Positions 26,766-36,062 of a stretch of DNA of 64,000 nucleotides are shown here, one piece after another. The notes under the pieces are model-generated. The model was given only the letters and a program-made list of their open reading frames with translations. It searched no databases and was not told the DNA's origin. The DNA is taken from positions 16,958 through 80,957 of the forward strand of contig JAKFFA010000051.1 of assembly GCA_036675455.1 (NCBI GenBank), given 5' to 3'. The DNA is from Gemmatimonadaceae bacterium (GTDB lineage Bacteria > Gemmatimonadota > Gemmatimonadetes > Gemmatimonadales > Gemmatimonadaceae). The position numbers and the translations under genes are program-made. The number at the start of each line of letters is the position of its first letter. Position 1 is the first letter of the stretch.

Positions 26766-26784
26766 TCCGACCGCGGTCGCTGTA

Positions 26785-27381
26785 CTAGGCTGCCTCGAGC
26801 TGGCCGACCAGCGAGCTGAGCTCCTGCATGATCGGCGCATCGAACCCGAGCTCCGCCAGTCTGTCGCGGAGGCTGCGGTACCAGTGCAGCGTGCCGTCGC
26901 GGCCGCCGGCGAAGCGGCCCCACACGGTCGGCGCATCGATCGTCCGCCGCAGGTCAGCGAGGATGCTGCCCACGTTGTGCACGGCGTCGGCCGCGCATAC
27001 CCAGCGGGACGCCTCGGAGGCGTGCGCGAGGCGCGAGAGAAAGTCCGCGCGGGCCTCTTCGCGCGAGAACTCCATGCCTTCGTCGTCCACGCGCCGCTTG
27101 GTGACGGCGAGCGCCGTGTTCATCACCTCATGGCCGAACTTCGAGGCAATGCGATCCTCGAGCATCTCGTGCGTCCATGATTCACGCATGCAGTCCTCCA
27201 CGACGTCGTGCAGGATGCCAGCCACTACCGTGGACTCCTCACGGCCGTAGCGCGTGAGGATGATCGCCACATTCGCCGGATGCGTGAGGTACGGCAGCCG
27301 CGTGCCCTTGCGCACTTGGCGGTCGTGATGCTTCGCGGCGAAGGCGAAGGCGTGGTTGATGCGGTCTGAGTAGCCGTTCAT
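26785..27381 (-). CDS. Stand-alone HD protein, Mesh1/small alarmone hydrolase-like
   Basis: AAKHHDRQVRKG...PYLTHP, LHDVVED, ADAVHN. Confidence 0.85.
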   Translation of the reverse strand: MNGYSDRINHAFAFAAKHHDRQVRKGTRLPYLTHPANVAIILTRYGREESTVVAGILHDVVEDCMRESWTHEMLEDRIASKFGHEVMNTALAVTKRRVDDEGMEFSREEARADFLSRLAHASEASRWVCAADAVHNVGSILADLRRTIDAPTVWGRFAGGRDGTLHWYRSLRDRLAELGFDAPIMQELSSLVGQLEAA

Positions 27382-27427
27382 GGTGGCGTAGGGAACATAG
27401 CCGCAGGCGAGCCCGGCCGTGTGGATG

Positions 27428-27877
27428 CTAACGCACGACGCCGGCGCTGAGTTGGAGCGAGAGGAGCGCGAACGCGAGTCCTTGCACGATCACCGCGATG
27501 CCAGCGCCGACCATGCCGGGACGTCGTTCGGCGCTGGCGCGCGTCGCGAGGAAGGCTAGGGTTAGGCCCGCCAGTACGACGCCGGTAGCGAACCCGACTC
27601 CGAACCACAGCCACCGATCGAGCCAGATCGCGGCGGTCAGGTCGCGAAGGCCTGCGGCATGGCGCATCCAGAAGCCGGCCGCAACGGCGAGCACGCCACT
27701 CGCGAGGGTGACATTCGCAAAGCGGCGCAGCAGGCGCGACTCCGTTCGACTGACAAGAAGCCAAGTGATGACGCTGCTGCCGCCAAGGGTGCAAAGCGCG
27801 CCCCAGACGATGATCTTGAGATAGAACAGACGCTCAAGGGCAAGAAGCGTATCGGCCCACTGACCAGTTAAGTCCAC
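27428..27877 (-). CDS. Hypothetical four-TM membrane protein
   Basis: Four hydrophobic segments; co-oriented with its neighbours. Confidence 0.65.
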   Translation of the reverse strand: MDLTGQWADTLLALERLFYLKIIVWGALCTLGGSSVITWLLVSRTESRLLRRFANVTLASGVLAVAAGFWMRHAAGLRDLTAAIWLDRWLWFGVGFATGVVLAGLTLAFLATRASAERRPGMVGAGIAVIVQGLAFALLSLQLSAGVVR

Positions 27878-27889
27878 GATACTGTCTTT

Positions 27890-29662
27890 TTAATGGCGCT
27901 TTTGTTCGCCGCTAATTGCCCGCTGCACGGCAGCGAACGAGCCCCCCGGAGTACGCCCCTTCTGCTTCGAGACAAGCGCCGCCAACTGTGCACGCGTGGG
28001 TAGCATCGGCCGCGGCGCATCCCAGAGGACCGTGCCATGAAGCCGCCGGCCCGCCGCCTTGATCGCCATGCCTTCCGCCGTGAACGCGTCGACCGTCGTG
28101 TCGCCGACAGTCGCGCATAGCACGATCGGGCTCGATTCCACCAACTCAATCGCCTGGTCGAGATACGGAGCCGGCACCGAAAGAATCGTCAGCTCGAACG
28201 AATCGCGGAACTTCGTCAGGTCGTCGCGCCGCTCGGCGAGTGCCTCGCCCACCGGCAAATCGTCGCGCTCGGTGCCGGCCGGAATCATCGTGATGGGAAG
28301 GCCGTCGCTCGAGCCCACGGCGAACGCGACTTCGCGCCACTTGAACGAACCCGCGAGCGCGTCGGTGAGACCCGGCTCCGGCCGGCCGCGGAACGTGCGC
28401 GCAAGCGCGATGTTGCCGGGATCAAATCCGGCGATCAGCGTCGTGCGATGATCCGCCGCCGCGGAGATCGCGAGACGCGCGCTCACGGCGGCGACGATCT
28501 CGGGGTCGCTACCCGTGATGATCGTCGTGCGTGCGCGTGTACCCGTCGACGTGAGTCCGAGATACAACATACGGAACGGATCAACGCCGCCTGGCCGGAA
28601 GCGCGCCGGTCCATCGTTCGGCGCGTGTTTCACGGTGGCGAGCACGGTAGCGCCAATCGATCGCTCCGCCTCGAGAGCCGTCGAAAGCGTCGGGCGCTTG
28701 ATCTCTCCGTTGAGCGCGATGGAGAAGCGCACGAAGATGCCGCCCGCCAAGACGCCGAGTAGGATGAGCCCCGGCGTGAGTGTCACGAGCAGCGGCGGTC
28801 CTGTCGACGCGCCGTTGGCTTCGAAGGCCGCAAGCGCCGACACCGCGGTGGCGTGCGCAGTGTGTACCGCCGCAACAGTGTCCTGTGCGGCGCGCAGCCT
28901 CGCGCCCAGCGCAGCGGTGTCCGCGCTGCTCGCGACAGGCGCTTCATCCGCAACCGGCGCGGGACTGGGCGCGCTGGCGAGGAACTCCGCCACCATGTCC
29001 TCGTGCCGGTTCTCGGCGATGGCCAAGATCGTGTAGCCGAGGCGATTGATGGTCGCACTGAGCGGCGCGGCGCGTTGCTCTCGCATCGGGCCAGACGGCA
29101 GAGCATCGCGTTGCCGCGCATAATCCGCGAGCGAGTCGGCCAGCGCCCGCATGCGCGGGCCTCCGCTCACCGGGCGCTCGGACGCGACGGCCAGCCACGC
29201 CGCCGGGGTGCGAAGTCGACGCGCCTCGCGAATGGCGGCCTCGAGCGAGCGAATCAGCGGGTCGTCAACTTCCCGCGCTGTGGTGGCCTGCTGTGTCGCG
29301 CGTTGCGGCGGCCGCGTGCGCGCCGGTGACGCGAGCGCTGACGACGCCGCGACAAAAAGCGAATCCGCCTGCGCGACGGCACCTTCGGCGGCCGCCAGTC
29401 GCGCCGCCGTGCGCACCGTGTCTGCGCGCAGCCGGTCTCGCTCGCTACGATCGATCGCGACGGGATCGTAGGTGGCGAGTGGGATCACCACGGCCGCGAG
29501 GGCAAGCGGGCCGAGGACAAACGCCCAGACGCGCGCGAATCGGCGAATGCGTCGCGCGGCAAGTGAGGCGCGCGCGCCGAGCCATTCGGTTCCGACCAGC
29601 GGAGCGACGGGCGGCGTCGGTCGTGGGGGACGCGAGGGGGTCGAAGATTGGGTGGGCATCAA
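27890..29662 (-). CDS. Wzc/GumC-like co-polymerase architecture with a degenerate BY-kinase domain
   Basis: Two TMs flank a coiled-coil region; EAERSIGATVLATV, DPFRMLYLGL, PGLTDALAG and MIPAG are present; Walker A is absent. Confidence 0.65.
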   Translation of the reverse strand: MMPTQSSTPSRPPRPTPPVAPLVGTEWLGARASLAARRIRRFARVWAFVLGPLALAAVVIPLATYDPVAIDRSERDRLRADTVRTAARLAAAEGAVAQADSLFVAASSALASPARTRPPQRATQQATTAREVDDPLIRSLEAAIREARRLRTPAAWLAVASERPVSGGPRMRALADSLADYARQRDALPSGPMREQRAAPLSATINRLGYTILAIAENRHEDMVAEFLASAPSPAPVADEAPVASSADTAALGARLRAAQDTVAAVHTAHATAVSALAAFEANGASTGPPLLVTLTPGLILLGVLAGGIFVRFSIALNGEIKRPTLSTALEAERSIGATVLATVKHAPNDGPARFRPGGVDPFRMLYLGLTSTGTRARTTIITGSDPEIVAAVSARLAISAAADHRTTLIAGFDPGNIALARTFRGRPEPGLTDALAGSFKWREVAFAVGSSDGLPITMIPAGTERDDLPVGEALAERRDDLTKFRDSFELTILSVPAPYLDQAIELVESSPIVLCATVGDTTVDAFTAEGMAIKAAGRRLHGTVLWDAPRPMLPTRAQLAALVSKQKGRTPGGSFAAVQRAISGEQKRH

Positions 29663-29688
29663 CGCGTGTAGTATCGCCCGTCCACGGC

Positions 29689-29730
29689 AAGAAACAAGCG
29701 GGTGATGAGGACAAAGTCCCCATCACCCGC
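29689..29730 (-). terminator. Intrinsic terminator downstream of the cupredoxin gene
   Basis: GCGGGTGATGAGGAC-AAA-GTCCCCATCACCCGC; the minus strand continues TTGTTTCTT. Confidence 0.8.
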
Positions 29731-29791
29731 CAGATGACCACGCTACAAAGTGACGGATCCGGAAGCGCCGCACGTCAAGCGGCGCCGGAAA

Positions 29792-30301
29792 TCACTCGAC
29801 GGTGATGACGCCCGTCATGCCCATCGCGAGGTGCGGCGTGCAGTTGTAGTCGTAGTTGCCAGCCGGGATCTTCGCGAACGAGACCGTGATGCCCTGGCCC
29901 GGCTCGGTGTACATGGCCGACATCAGCTCGGCGAGGCGCTCGGTGCCGAGGTTCGCATCGAGCTGCGCCTTCACGTCAGCGGGCATGTCCGTGTCATTCG
30001 TGAACGACACGTTGTGCGGGCCGCCCGAGACGAACACGAACTTCACGGCGTCGCCCTGCTTGATCGTCAGGTTCGCCGGCTCGAAGCGGTAACCCTTGTC
30101 GTCGCCGATCATCTTGACTTCGTGCGTCGTGCCGGTGGCCGGCGCGAACTCCGCCGAGCCGGCGGACGCCGTGGCGGGCGCCGCAGTCTCGGCACCGCCT
30201 GCAGGAGTCGAAGCAGCGTTGTCCGCGGCTGCGGAATCGGCACCGCCGCCACATGCGGCGAAGGCAAGCGCGCTCGCGGCGAGCGCCAGACTCTTGAACA
30301 T
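29792..30301 (-). CDS. Plastocyanin/azurin-family blue copper lipoprotein
   Basis: Lipobox FAAC, Ala/Ser-rich linker, type-1 Cu ligands GPHN...CTPHLAMGM; GGAGG RBS. Confidence 0.92.
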   Translation of the reverse strand: MFKSLALAASALAFAACGGGADSAAADNAASTPAGGAETAAPATASAGSAEFAPATGTTHEVKMIGDDKGYRFEPANLTIKQGDAVKFVFVSGGPHNVSFTNDTDMPADVKAQLDANLGTERLAELMSAMYTEPGQGITVSFAKIPAGNYDYNCTPHLAMGMTGVITVE

Positions 30302-30367
30302 TGCTATTGGCCTCCAAGGCCGAACAAATAGGAGTTGTGTGATCCGCGGAATCGTTATTCCGGCGGA

Positions 30368-30385
30368 TTGTGAAAAATATCACTA
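30368..30385. promoter_or_regulatory. CRP/FNR- or Rex-like operator upstream of the cupredoxin gene
   Basis: TTGTGAAAAATATCACTA (TGTGA-N6-TCACT). Confidence 0.5.
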
Positions 30386-30528
30386 ATGCGAGCGAATGTA
30401 CAACTTGACCGTCAACACCAGCCGTGGGGTCGATGTTCCAAGCGCGCCGTGTTTGTCCCCCGCTCGACAACGGGCTCACTCCTGATGACTTGACGCGTGG
30501 AGGTCCAACCCACTACCCTTCGCGCTCC

Positions 30529-30615
30529 ATGATTACCCGCCGCCATCATCACGCGCACCATCTCCACGACCGTACGGGTCGGGGATGTTCGGTGTGCGCG
30601 GAGGCCGGTCGGTAG
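30529..30615 (+). CDS. hisL: his operon leader peptide
   Basis: MITRRHHHAHHLHDRTGRGCSVCAEAGR has 6 His in 8 codons; TTGACG-N18-TACCCT promoter upstream. Confidence 0.85.
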   Translation: MITRRHHHAHHLHDRTGRGCSVCAEAGR

Positions 30616-30654
30616 GCTCTACGGCTGCTCCCAGTCACAGCCCGCACAACTCCC

Positions 30655-30691
30655 AGGCCCGTCCGGATCTCCGGACGGGCCTTCTTGTTTT
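30655..30691 (+). terminator. his attenuator terminator
   Basis: AGGCCCGTCCGGA-TC-TCCGGACGGGCCT-TCTTGTTTT between the leader and hisG. Confidence 0.88.
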
Positions 30692-30751
30692 CGCAACGCC
30701 GTGAGGGCATGCGAAGACGCCTTTCAGCAGACTTCCACTCCACGCCCCCAT

Positions 30752-31624
30752 ATGCTGCGCCTTGCACTGCCCAATAAGGGTCGCCTCAACGAAGACGCCC
30801 GCTCGCTGCTCGCTGACGCCGGACTCGAGGTCCGCGCGTCCTCCGATCGCGCGTTGGTCGCCGCGCTCGGCGACGACTTCGAGGCGATCTTCGTGCGCGC
30901 CCGCGACATTCCTGAGTTCGTTGCCGACGGTGCCGCCGACGCTGGCATCACCGGCTGGGACCTGGCGCAGGAGTCCGGTCGTCCGGTCGATTCCGCGCTC
31001 GACCTGGGATTCGGCCGATGTCGTCTCGTCGTCGCGGCGCGCGAGGACGGCCCGATTCGCTCCCTCGCCGACATCCGCATGGACGCGCGCGTCGCCACCG
31101 TATTTCCGCGCTTGACACGGCGGTTTCTCGATCTTGCCGGCCGGCGCGTGGAAGTGGTCCCCGTATCGGGCGCGGTGGAAGTCGCGCCGCACTTGGGCAT
31201 CGCCGACGTCATCGTCGATCTCACGTCGACGGGCTCCACGCTGCGCGTCAACGGCCTGCGTGAGGTCGCCACGGTGCTTGAGTCGACCGCACGATTGCTC
31301 GTGGCCGGTGACGCGAGTGGCCGCCCGCCGAGCGGCGCGCGACGGCGCGCGCTCGACGACCTCGTGGCCGCGCTACGCTCCGTGCTCGCCGCGCGCACGC
31401 AGCGGTACGTGATGGCGAACGTCCCGCGTGACCGGCTCGCCGACGTGCGTCGCATCTTGCCCGGTATCTCCGGCCCGACGGTGGTGGACGTCATGAACGG
31501 CGGCGCGAAGGTCGCGGTGCACGCGGTCTGCGCGGTCGAGGGCATCTATCGCACCATCAACGCGCTCAAGGCGGTGGGCGGCGAAGGCATCTTGGTCACG
31601 CGCATCGAGAGGTTGATGGCATGA
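30752..31624 (+). CDS. hisG: ATP phosphoribosyltransferase, long form
   Basis: LALPNKGRL, RARDIP, GITGWD, DLTSTGSTL, C-terminal regulatory domain PGISGPTV. Confidence 0.95.
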   Translation: MLRLALPNKGRLNEDARSLLADAGLEVRASSDRALVAALGDDFEAIFVRARDIPEFVADGAADAGITGWDLAQESGRPVDSALDLGFGRCRLVVAAREDGPIRSLADIRMDARVATVFPRLTRRFLDLAGRRVEVVPVSGAVEVAPHLGIADVIVDLTSTGSTLRVNGLREVATVLESTARLLVAGDASGRPPSGARRRALDDLVAALRSVLAARTQRYVMANVPRDRLADVRRILPGISGPTVVDVMNGGAKVAVHAVCAVEGIYRTINALKAVGGEGILVTRIERLMA

Positions 31625-33051
31625 GCGCGCTGACCATTGCCGTGCGTGGTGACGTGGACACGCTCGACGCGACGACGCGGCGTGCGCTGTTCGCACGTGA
31701 TTCACGGTGCGACGCGCCTCGCGGCGTGCCGCGCGCGGCCACCGAGAACTCGTCCCCCGACTCGACTATTCGCGATCGGACGGCGGAGATCATGCAGCGT
31801 GTCCGCGAGCGCGGCGACGACGCACTGCGCGCGTTCGCGATCGAGTACGACGGCGTCGGCGGCGGCGGCGACTCACTCGACGGTGCCGAGCGTGACTCGC
31901 TCCGCGCTGACCGGGCTCCCGGCGACGATCCGCGTGGATGGTCGCTCGAGGTGCCCCGAGCGGAATGTGACGCCGCGCTCGCCGCGCTCGACCCAGCGCT
32001 GCGGCGCGTGATGCAGCGCGCGGCCGACAACATTCGCGCGGTGCACGAGGCGTTCCGGCCGCTCGCGTCGGAGTTCGTCACGGCGGATGGTGTCCGCATC
32101 GGCCGTCGGCCCGACGCACTGCAACGCGTGGGCGTGTATGCCCCCGGCGGACGCGCGGCGTACCCGAGCTCGCTGCTGATGGGCGCGATCCCGGCACGCG
32201 TAGCCGGCGTGTCCGAGATCATCGTGTGCTCACCGCCGGCCAGTGACGGGCGGCCCTCACCCGTGGTGCTCGCCGCGGCCGCGCTGGCCGGCGCTGACCG
32301 ACTGTTTGCCGTCGGCGGTGCCGGCGCCGTCGCGGCGATGGCGTACGGCACGCCGACGATTCCCTCGGTCGACCGGATCGTCGGTCCCGGCAACGCGTTC
32401 GTGGCCGAGGCGAAGCGTCAGGTCTCGCATGAGGTTGGCATCGACTCGCCCGCTGGCCCCAGTGAACTGCTTGTGCTCGCCGATGATTCGGCGGAGCCGC
32501 TACTGGTCGCGCGCGAGATGCTTGCGCAGGCCGAGCATGATCCGCGCGCGGCGGTCGTGCTGGTGACCACGTCCCGCGCGCTGGCCCGGGACGTCGAATC
32601 GAAGCTCGCCTCCGGCATGGGGGACGCCGCGCGTGCTTCGACGATGTGCGCCGCGCTGGGCTCACGCGGCGCCATCCTGACCGCGACGTCGCTCGAAGCG
32701 GCGATTGCGTTCGCGTCGCAGTGGGCGCCGGAGCACCTGCTGTTGCTCGTGGCGCCTGCCGCGCGCGAGCGCGCGCTGGTCGCGCTGCGCGGCTGCGGGA
32801 CAATCCTTCACGGCGACGGCGCCAGTGTGGTGTTCGGCGACTACATGACCGGCGCGAACCACGTGCTCCCCACGGGCGGCGCCGGCCGCGCATGGTCGGG
32901 ACTCTCCACACAGGACTTCGTGCGATGGACCACATGGCAACGCGTCGATCGCCCGGCTGCAGCTCGCATGGCGCACGACACAGCCGTGTTCGCTACGGCC
33001 GAAGGGCTCGACGCACACGCACGGGCAGCCGCCGCGTGGGAGGCACGATGA
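31621..33051 (+). CDS. hisD: Histidinol dehydrogenase
   Basis: VGVYAPGG, GPGNAFV, DSPAGPSE, QAEHD, APEHL, GDYMTGANHVLPT. Confidence 0.95.
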   Translation: MSALTIAVRGDVDTLDATTRRALFARDSRCDAPRGVPRAATENSSPDSTIRDRTAEIMQRVRERGDDALRAFAIEYDGVGGGGDSLDGAERDSLRADRAPGDDPRGWSLEVPRAECDAALAALDPALRRVMQRAADNIRAVHEAFRPLASEFVTADGVRIGRRPDALQRVGVYAPGGRAAYPSSLLMGAIPARVAGVSEIIVCSPPASDGRPSPVVLAAAALAGADRLFAVGGAGAVAAMAYGTPTIPSVDRIVGPGNAFVAEAKRQVSHEVGIDSPAGPSELLVLADDSAEPLLVAREMLAQAEHDPRAAVVLVTTSRALARDVESKLASGMGDAARASTMCAALGSRGAILTATSLEAAIAFASQWAPEHLLLLVAPAARERALVALRGCGTILHGDGASVVFGDYMTGANHVLPTGGAGRAWSGLSTQDFVRWTTWQRVDRPAAARMAHDTAVFATAEGLDAHARAAAAWEAR

Positions 33052-34103
33052 ACGCGATGCCCACCTCCGTGTACTCCGCGGGTCGGCTTCCCGGCGTTGA
33101 CCTTGACCTGCGTGACAATGTGAACCTCTGGGGCGGCCCGCCGCATGCGCTGGCCGCGCTGCGCGCTGCGCGCGACGAGGATCTCTTCGTGTACCCATCG
33201 CCAGGCGGCGGTGAGCTTGTCGACGCGCTCGCGTCCACGCTCGGCGTGCGCGGCGAGGAAATCGTCGCGGGTTGCGGCAGTGATGGCGTCATCGACGCCT
33301 TCCTGCGGGCCGTGACGTCGCCCGGCGACACGATTGCCTTCGCCGCGCCGACATTCAGCATGATCCCGGTCTTCGCGCGCCTGAACGGACTCGTGCCCAT
33401 GCCGGTCCCGCTGCGCGCCGATGGTGCGGCGGACATCGATGCGCTGCTCGCCACCCGTGCACGCGTGATTTACGTCTGCTCGCCGAACAACCCGACGGGC
33501 ACGGTCACGTCAAGCACGGACATCCGCCGCCTCGTCTCGCACGCTCCGGGCGTCGTGCTTGTCGACGAAGCGTATGCCGAGTTCGCCAACGGGCACGACT
33601 GGCGGTCGGAGGCGCCGGCCATGGAGCGTGTGCTCATCACACGCACGTTCTCGAAGGCGTGGGGACTCGCGGGGCTACGCGTGGGCTATGGTGTCGGCGG
33701 GCGCGAGCTCGTCGCGGCGACCGCGCGCGCGCAAGGCCCGTATACGGTGAATGCGCTCGCGGAGCGATGCGCGGTCACCGCGCTGCGCGAAGACGAGCCG
33801 TGGATGCTTCGCACAGCCGCCGAGGCCTGCGCCTCCCGGGATCGGCTCGCCGCCGCCCTGCGGCGGATCGACGGCGCGCGCGTGTGGGAGTCGCGCGGGA
33901 ACTTCGTCTTCCTCGAAGTCGGCGCACTCGCGCCGGCGCTCGAGCGCACGCTCCGCTCGCATCGCATCGGCGTTCGCGTGTTTGAGCGGATGGAAGGCGT
34001 CGACACCGCGCTGCGCATCGGCGTGGCGCCGTGGCCGCGCCTCGTCCGCGTACTCGATGCGACACGTGCGTTCCTCTGTGCGGAGGCCGCCGAATGCGCG
34101 TGA
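33048..34103 (+). CDS. hisC: Histidinol-phosphate aminotransferase
   Basis: CSPNNPTG, VDEAYAEF, RTFSKAWGLAGLRVG; ATGA overlap. Confidence 0.93.
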   Translation: MNAMPTSVYSAGRLPGVDLDLRDNVNLWGGPPHALAALRAARDEDLFVYPSPGGGELVDALASTLGVRGEEIVAGCGSDGVIDAFLRAVTSPGDTIAFAAPTFSMIPVFARLNGLVPMPVPLRADGAADIDALLATRARVIYVCSPNNPTGTVTSSTDIRRLVSHAPGVVLVDEAYAEFANGHDWRSEAPAMERVLITRTFSKAWGLAGLRVGYGVGGRELVAATARAQGPYTVNALAERCAVTALREDEPWMLRTAAEACASRDRLAAALRRIDGARVWESRGNFVFLEVGALAPALERTLRSHRIGVRVFERMEGVDTALRIGVAPWPRLVRVLDATRAFLCAEAAECA

Positions 34104-34774
34104 CCATGCTCGACTACGGCGCGGGCAACCTGCACTCGTTGGGCAGGGCGCTCGCGGGCGCCGGGCGCACCGTGCGCGTGGAGGCAGACCCGCTCCGCGC
34201 GCTCGACACTGACGTGCTCGTGCTGCCGGGAGTAGGGGCGTTCGGGCCCGCCGCGGCGCGCCTGGCCCCAGCGCGTGCCGCGATGCGCGACGCCATGCAA
34301 TCTGGACTGCCCACACTCGGCGTGTGCCTCGGCATGCAACTCCTGTTCGACGCCAGCGACGAGGGCGAAGGCGAGGGCCTTGGCATCTTTCCCGGGCGCG
34401 TGCAGCGCCTGCGCTCTGCGCGGACGCCGCATATGGGATGGAACACGCTCGAGGACGTGGACGATCCGTTGTTCGACGCGAGCGCGTTGAGCGTCGTGTA
34501 CTATGCGAACAGCTTTGCCTGCCGTGGACTTTCCCAGGCAAGCGACGAGACGGAGCGCGCGGCTTCGGGGTGCCGCGTCCGTGAAGTCGCGCGCGTCACG
34601 GCGTGGTCGACGCACGGCCCCGACCGGTTCGTCGCCAGCGTCCGGCGCGGGATGGTGATGGGTGTACAATTCCACCCCGAGAAGAGCGGTGCGCCGGGAT
34701 GGGATTTCCTTGATCGCTTCCTGCGATCATTGCCTGACTCAAGAATTCCTTCGACCTCCAAGGTGACTTTCTGA
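34094..34774 (+). CDS. hisH: Imidazole glycerol phosphate synthase, glutaminase subunit
   Basis: DYGAGNL, PGVGAF, GVCLGMQ, PHMGWN, QFHPEKS. Confidence 0.95.
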   Translation: MRVTMLDYGAGNLHSLGRALAGAGRTVRVEADPLRALDTDVLVLPGVGAFGPAAARLAPARAAMRDAMQSGLPTLGVCLGMQLLFDASDEGEGEGLGIFPGRVQRLRSARTPHMGWNTLEDVDDPLFDASALSVVYYANSFACRGLSQASDETERAASGCRVREVARVTAWSTHGPDRFVASVRRGMVMGVQFHPEKSGAPGWDFLDRFLRSLPDSRIPSTSKVTF

Positions 34775-35487
34775 TGCTCGCGATCCCGGCAATTGACCTG
34801 CGTGACGCACACTGCGTGCAGCTCGTGGGCGGTGACTACGAGAACGAACCGGTGCGCCTCGACGATCCCGTTGGCGTGGCCTCGCGCTGGGTCGCGGCGG
34901 GCTTCACGCGTCTGCATGTCGTCGACCTCGACGCGGCCACCGGGCGCGGAGAGAACCGTGACGTCATCGGCGACCTCCTGCGCGCCACGACAGTTCCGAT
35001 GCAAGTGGGCGGTGGCGTGCGGAGTCGCGGGGCCGTGGTGGCGTTGCTGGATCAGGGAGCCGAGTGGGTCGTCGTCGGCACGCGCGCGGTGGAGGATCCC
35101 GACTGGCTCGCGAAGGTCACGGACCTTGCGCCCGGGCGCATCATCGTGGCGGCCGATGTACGCGACCGCCACGTGGTCACCAACGGCTGGAGCGTGGGCA
35201 CGCAGCGGGAGGTCCTCGATCTTGTCGCCGACCTCGAGGGTCTGCCGCTGGCCGGCTTGCTCGCCACGGCGGTGCACCGCGAAGGCTCGATGGACGGTCC
35301 GGACCTCGCGCTCATGGAAGACCTGGCCGACCGTTCGGCGTGGCCGGTCATCGCCTCGGGCGGGATCGGCAGTATGAACGACCTGCGCAATCTCGAGGAA
35401 CGCGGCATGGCGGCCGCGGTGCTGGGGATGGCGCTCTACACGGACGCGCTCGATGCGCGCGTCGTGGCGGAGGAGTTTGCCGAATGA
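34774..35487 (+). CDS. hisA: ProFAR isomerase
   Basis: IPAIDL, LHVVDLDAA, QVGGGVR, IASGGI. Confidence 0.95.
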   Translation: MLAIPAIDLRDAHCVQLVGGDYENEPVRLDDPVGVASRWVAAGFTRLHVVDLDAATGRGENRDVIGDLLRATTVPMQVGGGVRSRGAVVALLDQGAEWVVVGTRAVEDPDWLAKVTDLAPGRIIVAADVRDRHVVTNGWSVGTQREVLDLVADLEGLPLAGLLATAVHREGSMDGPDLALMEDLADRSAWPVIASGGIGSMNDLRNLEERGMAAAVLGMALYTDALDARVVAEEFAE

Positions 35488-36062
35488 GCGGAGATTCGAC
35501 CAACCAGCCGGCACCGAGGCGACCCGCAAAGTCGCTCGTTCGTCGCACCGGCGAGACCGCCGTCCGGGTCTCTGCCGCGCGCGGCTCCGGACGCGCCGAC
35601 GTGGCCACGGGCGTGCCGTTCCTCGACCACATGCTGACCGTGCTCGCGCGCTACTCGGGCTTCGACCTCGGCGTCACGGCTCGCGGCGACCTGCGTCATC
35701 ACATCGTCGAGGACGTCGCCCTGACGCTCGGGCCGGCGCTTGCCGCGGCCATTCCGGCGACGGCGGCGCGGTACGGCGAGCGCTCGGTGCCCATGGACGA
35801 CGCGCTCGTGCGCGCGGTGATCGATGTGGGCGGACGCCCGTACTATCAGGGTCCGCTGCCCAGCGCCCTGTACGATCACTGGATGCGCTCGTTCGCGGGC
35901 GCCGCTGGGATGACGCTGCACGTGTCCGTATTGCGCGGCGAGGATCGCCATCATGTGGTCGAGGCGGCGTTCAAGGCGCTCGGCCTCGCCCTACGCCAGG
36001 CGGCCGAGGATACCGGCGCGGTGTTCAGCACCAAGGGCGCCGTCTCGCTGGAGGCCGAATGA
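35484..36062 (+). CDS. hisB: Imidazoleglycerol-phosphate dehydratase (monofunctional)
   Basis: RRTGET, FLDHML, HHIVEDV, PMDDAL, HHVVEAAFKA. Confidence 0.95.
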   Translation: MSGDSTNQPAPRRPAKSLVRRTGETAVRVSAARGSGRADVATGVPFLDHMLTVLARYSGFDLGVTARGDLRHHIVEDVALTLGPALAAAIPATAARYGERSVPMDDALVRAVIDVGGRPYYQGPLPSALYDHWMRSFAGAAGMTLHVSVLRGEDRHHVVEAAFKALGLALRQAAEDTGAVFSTKGAVSLEAE

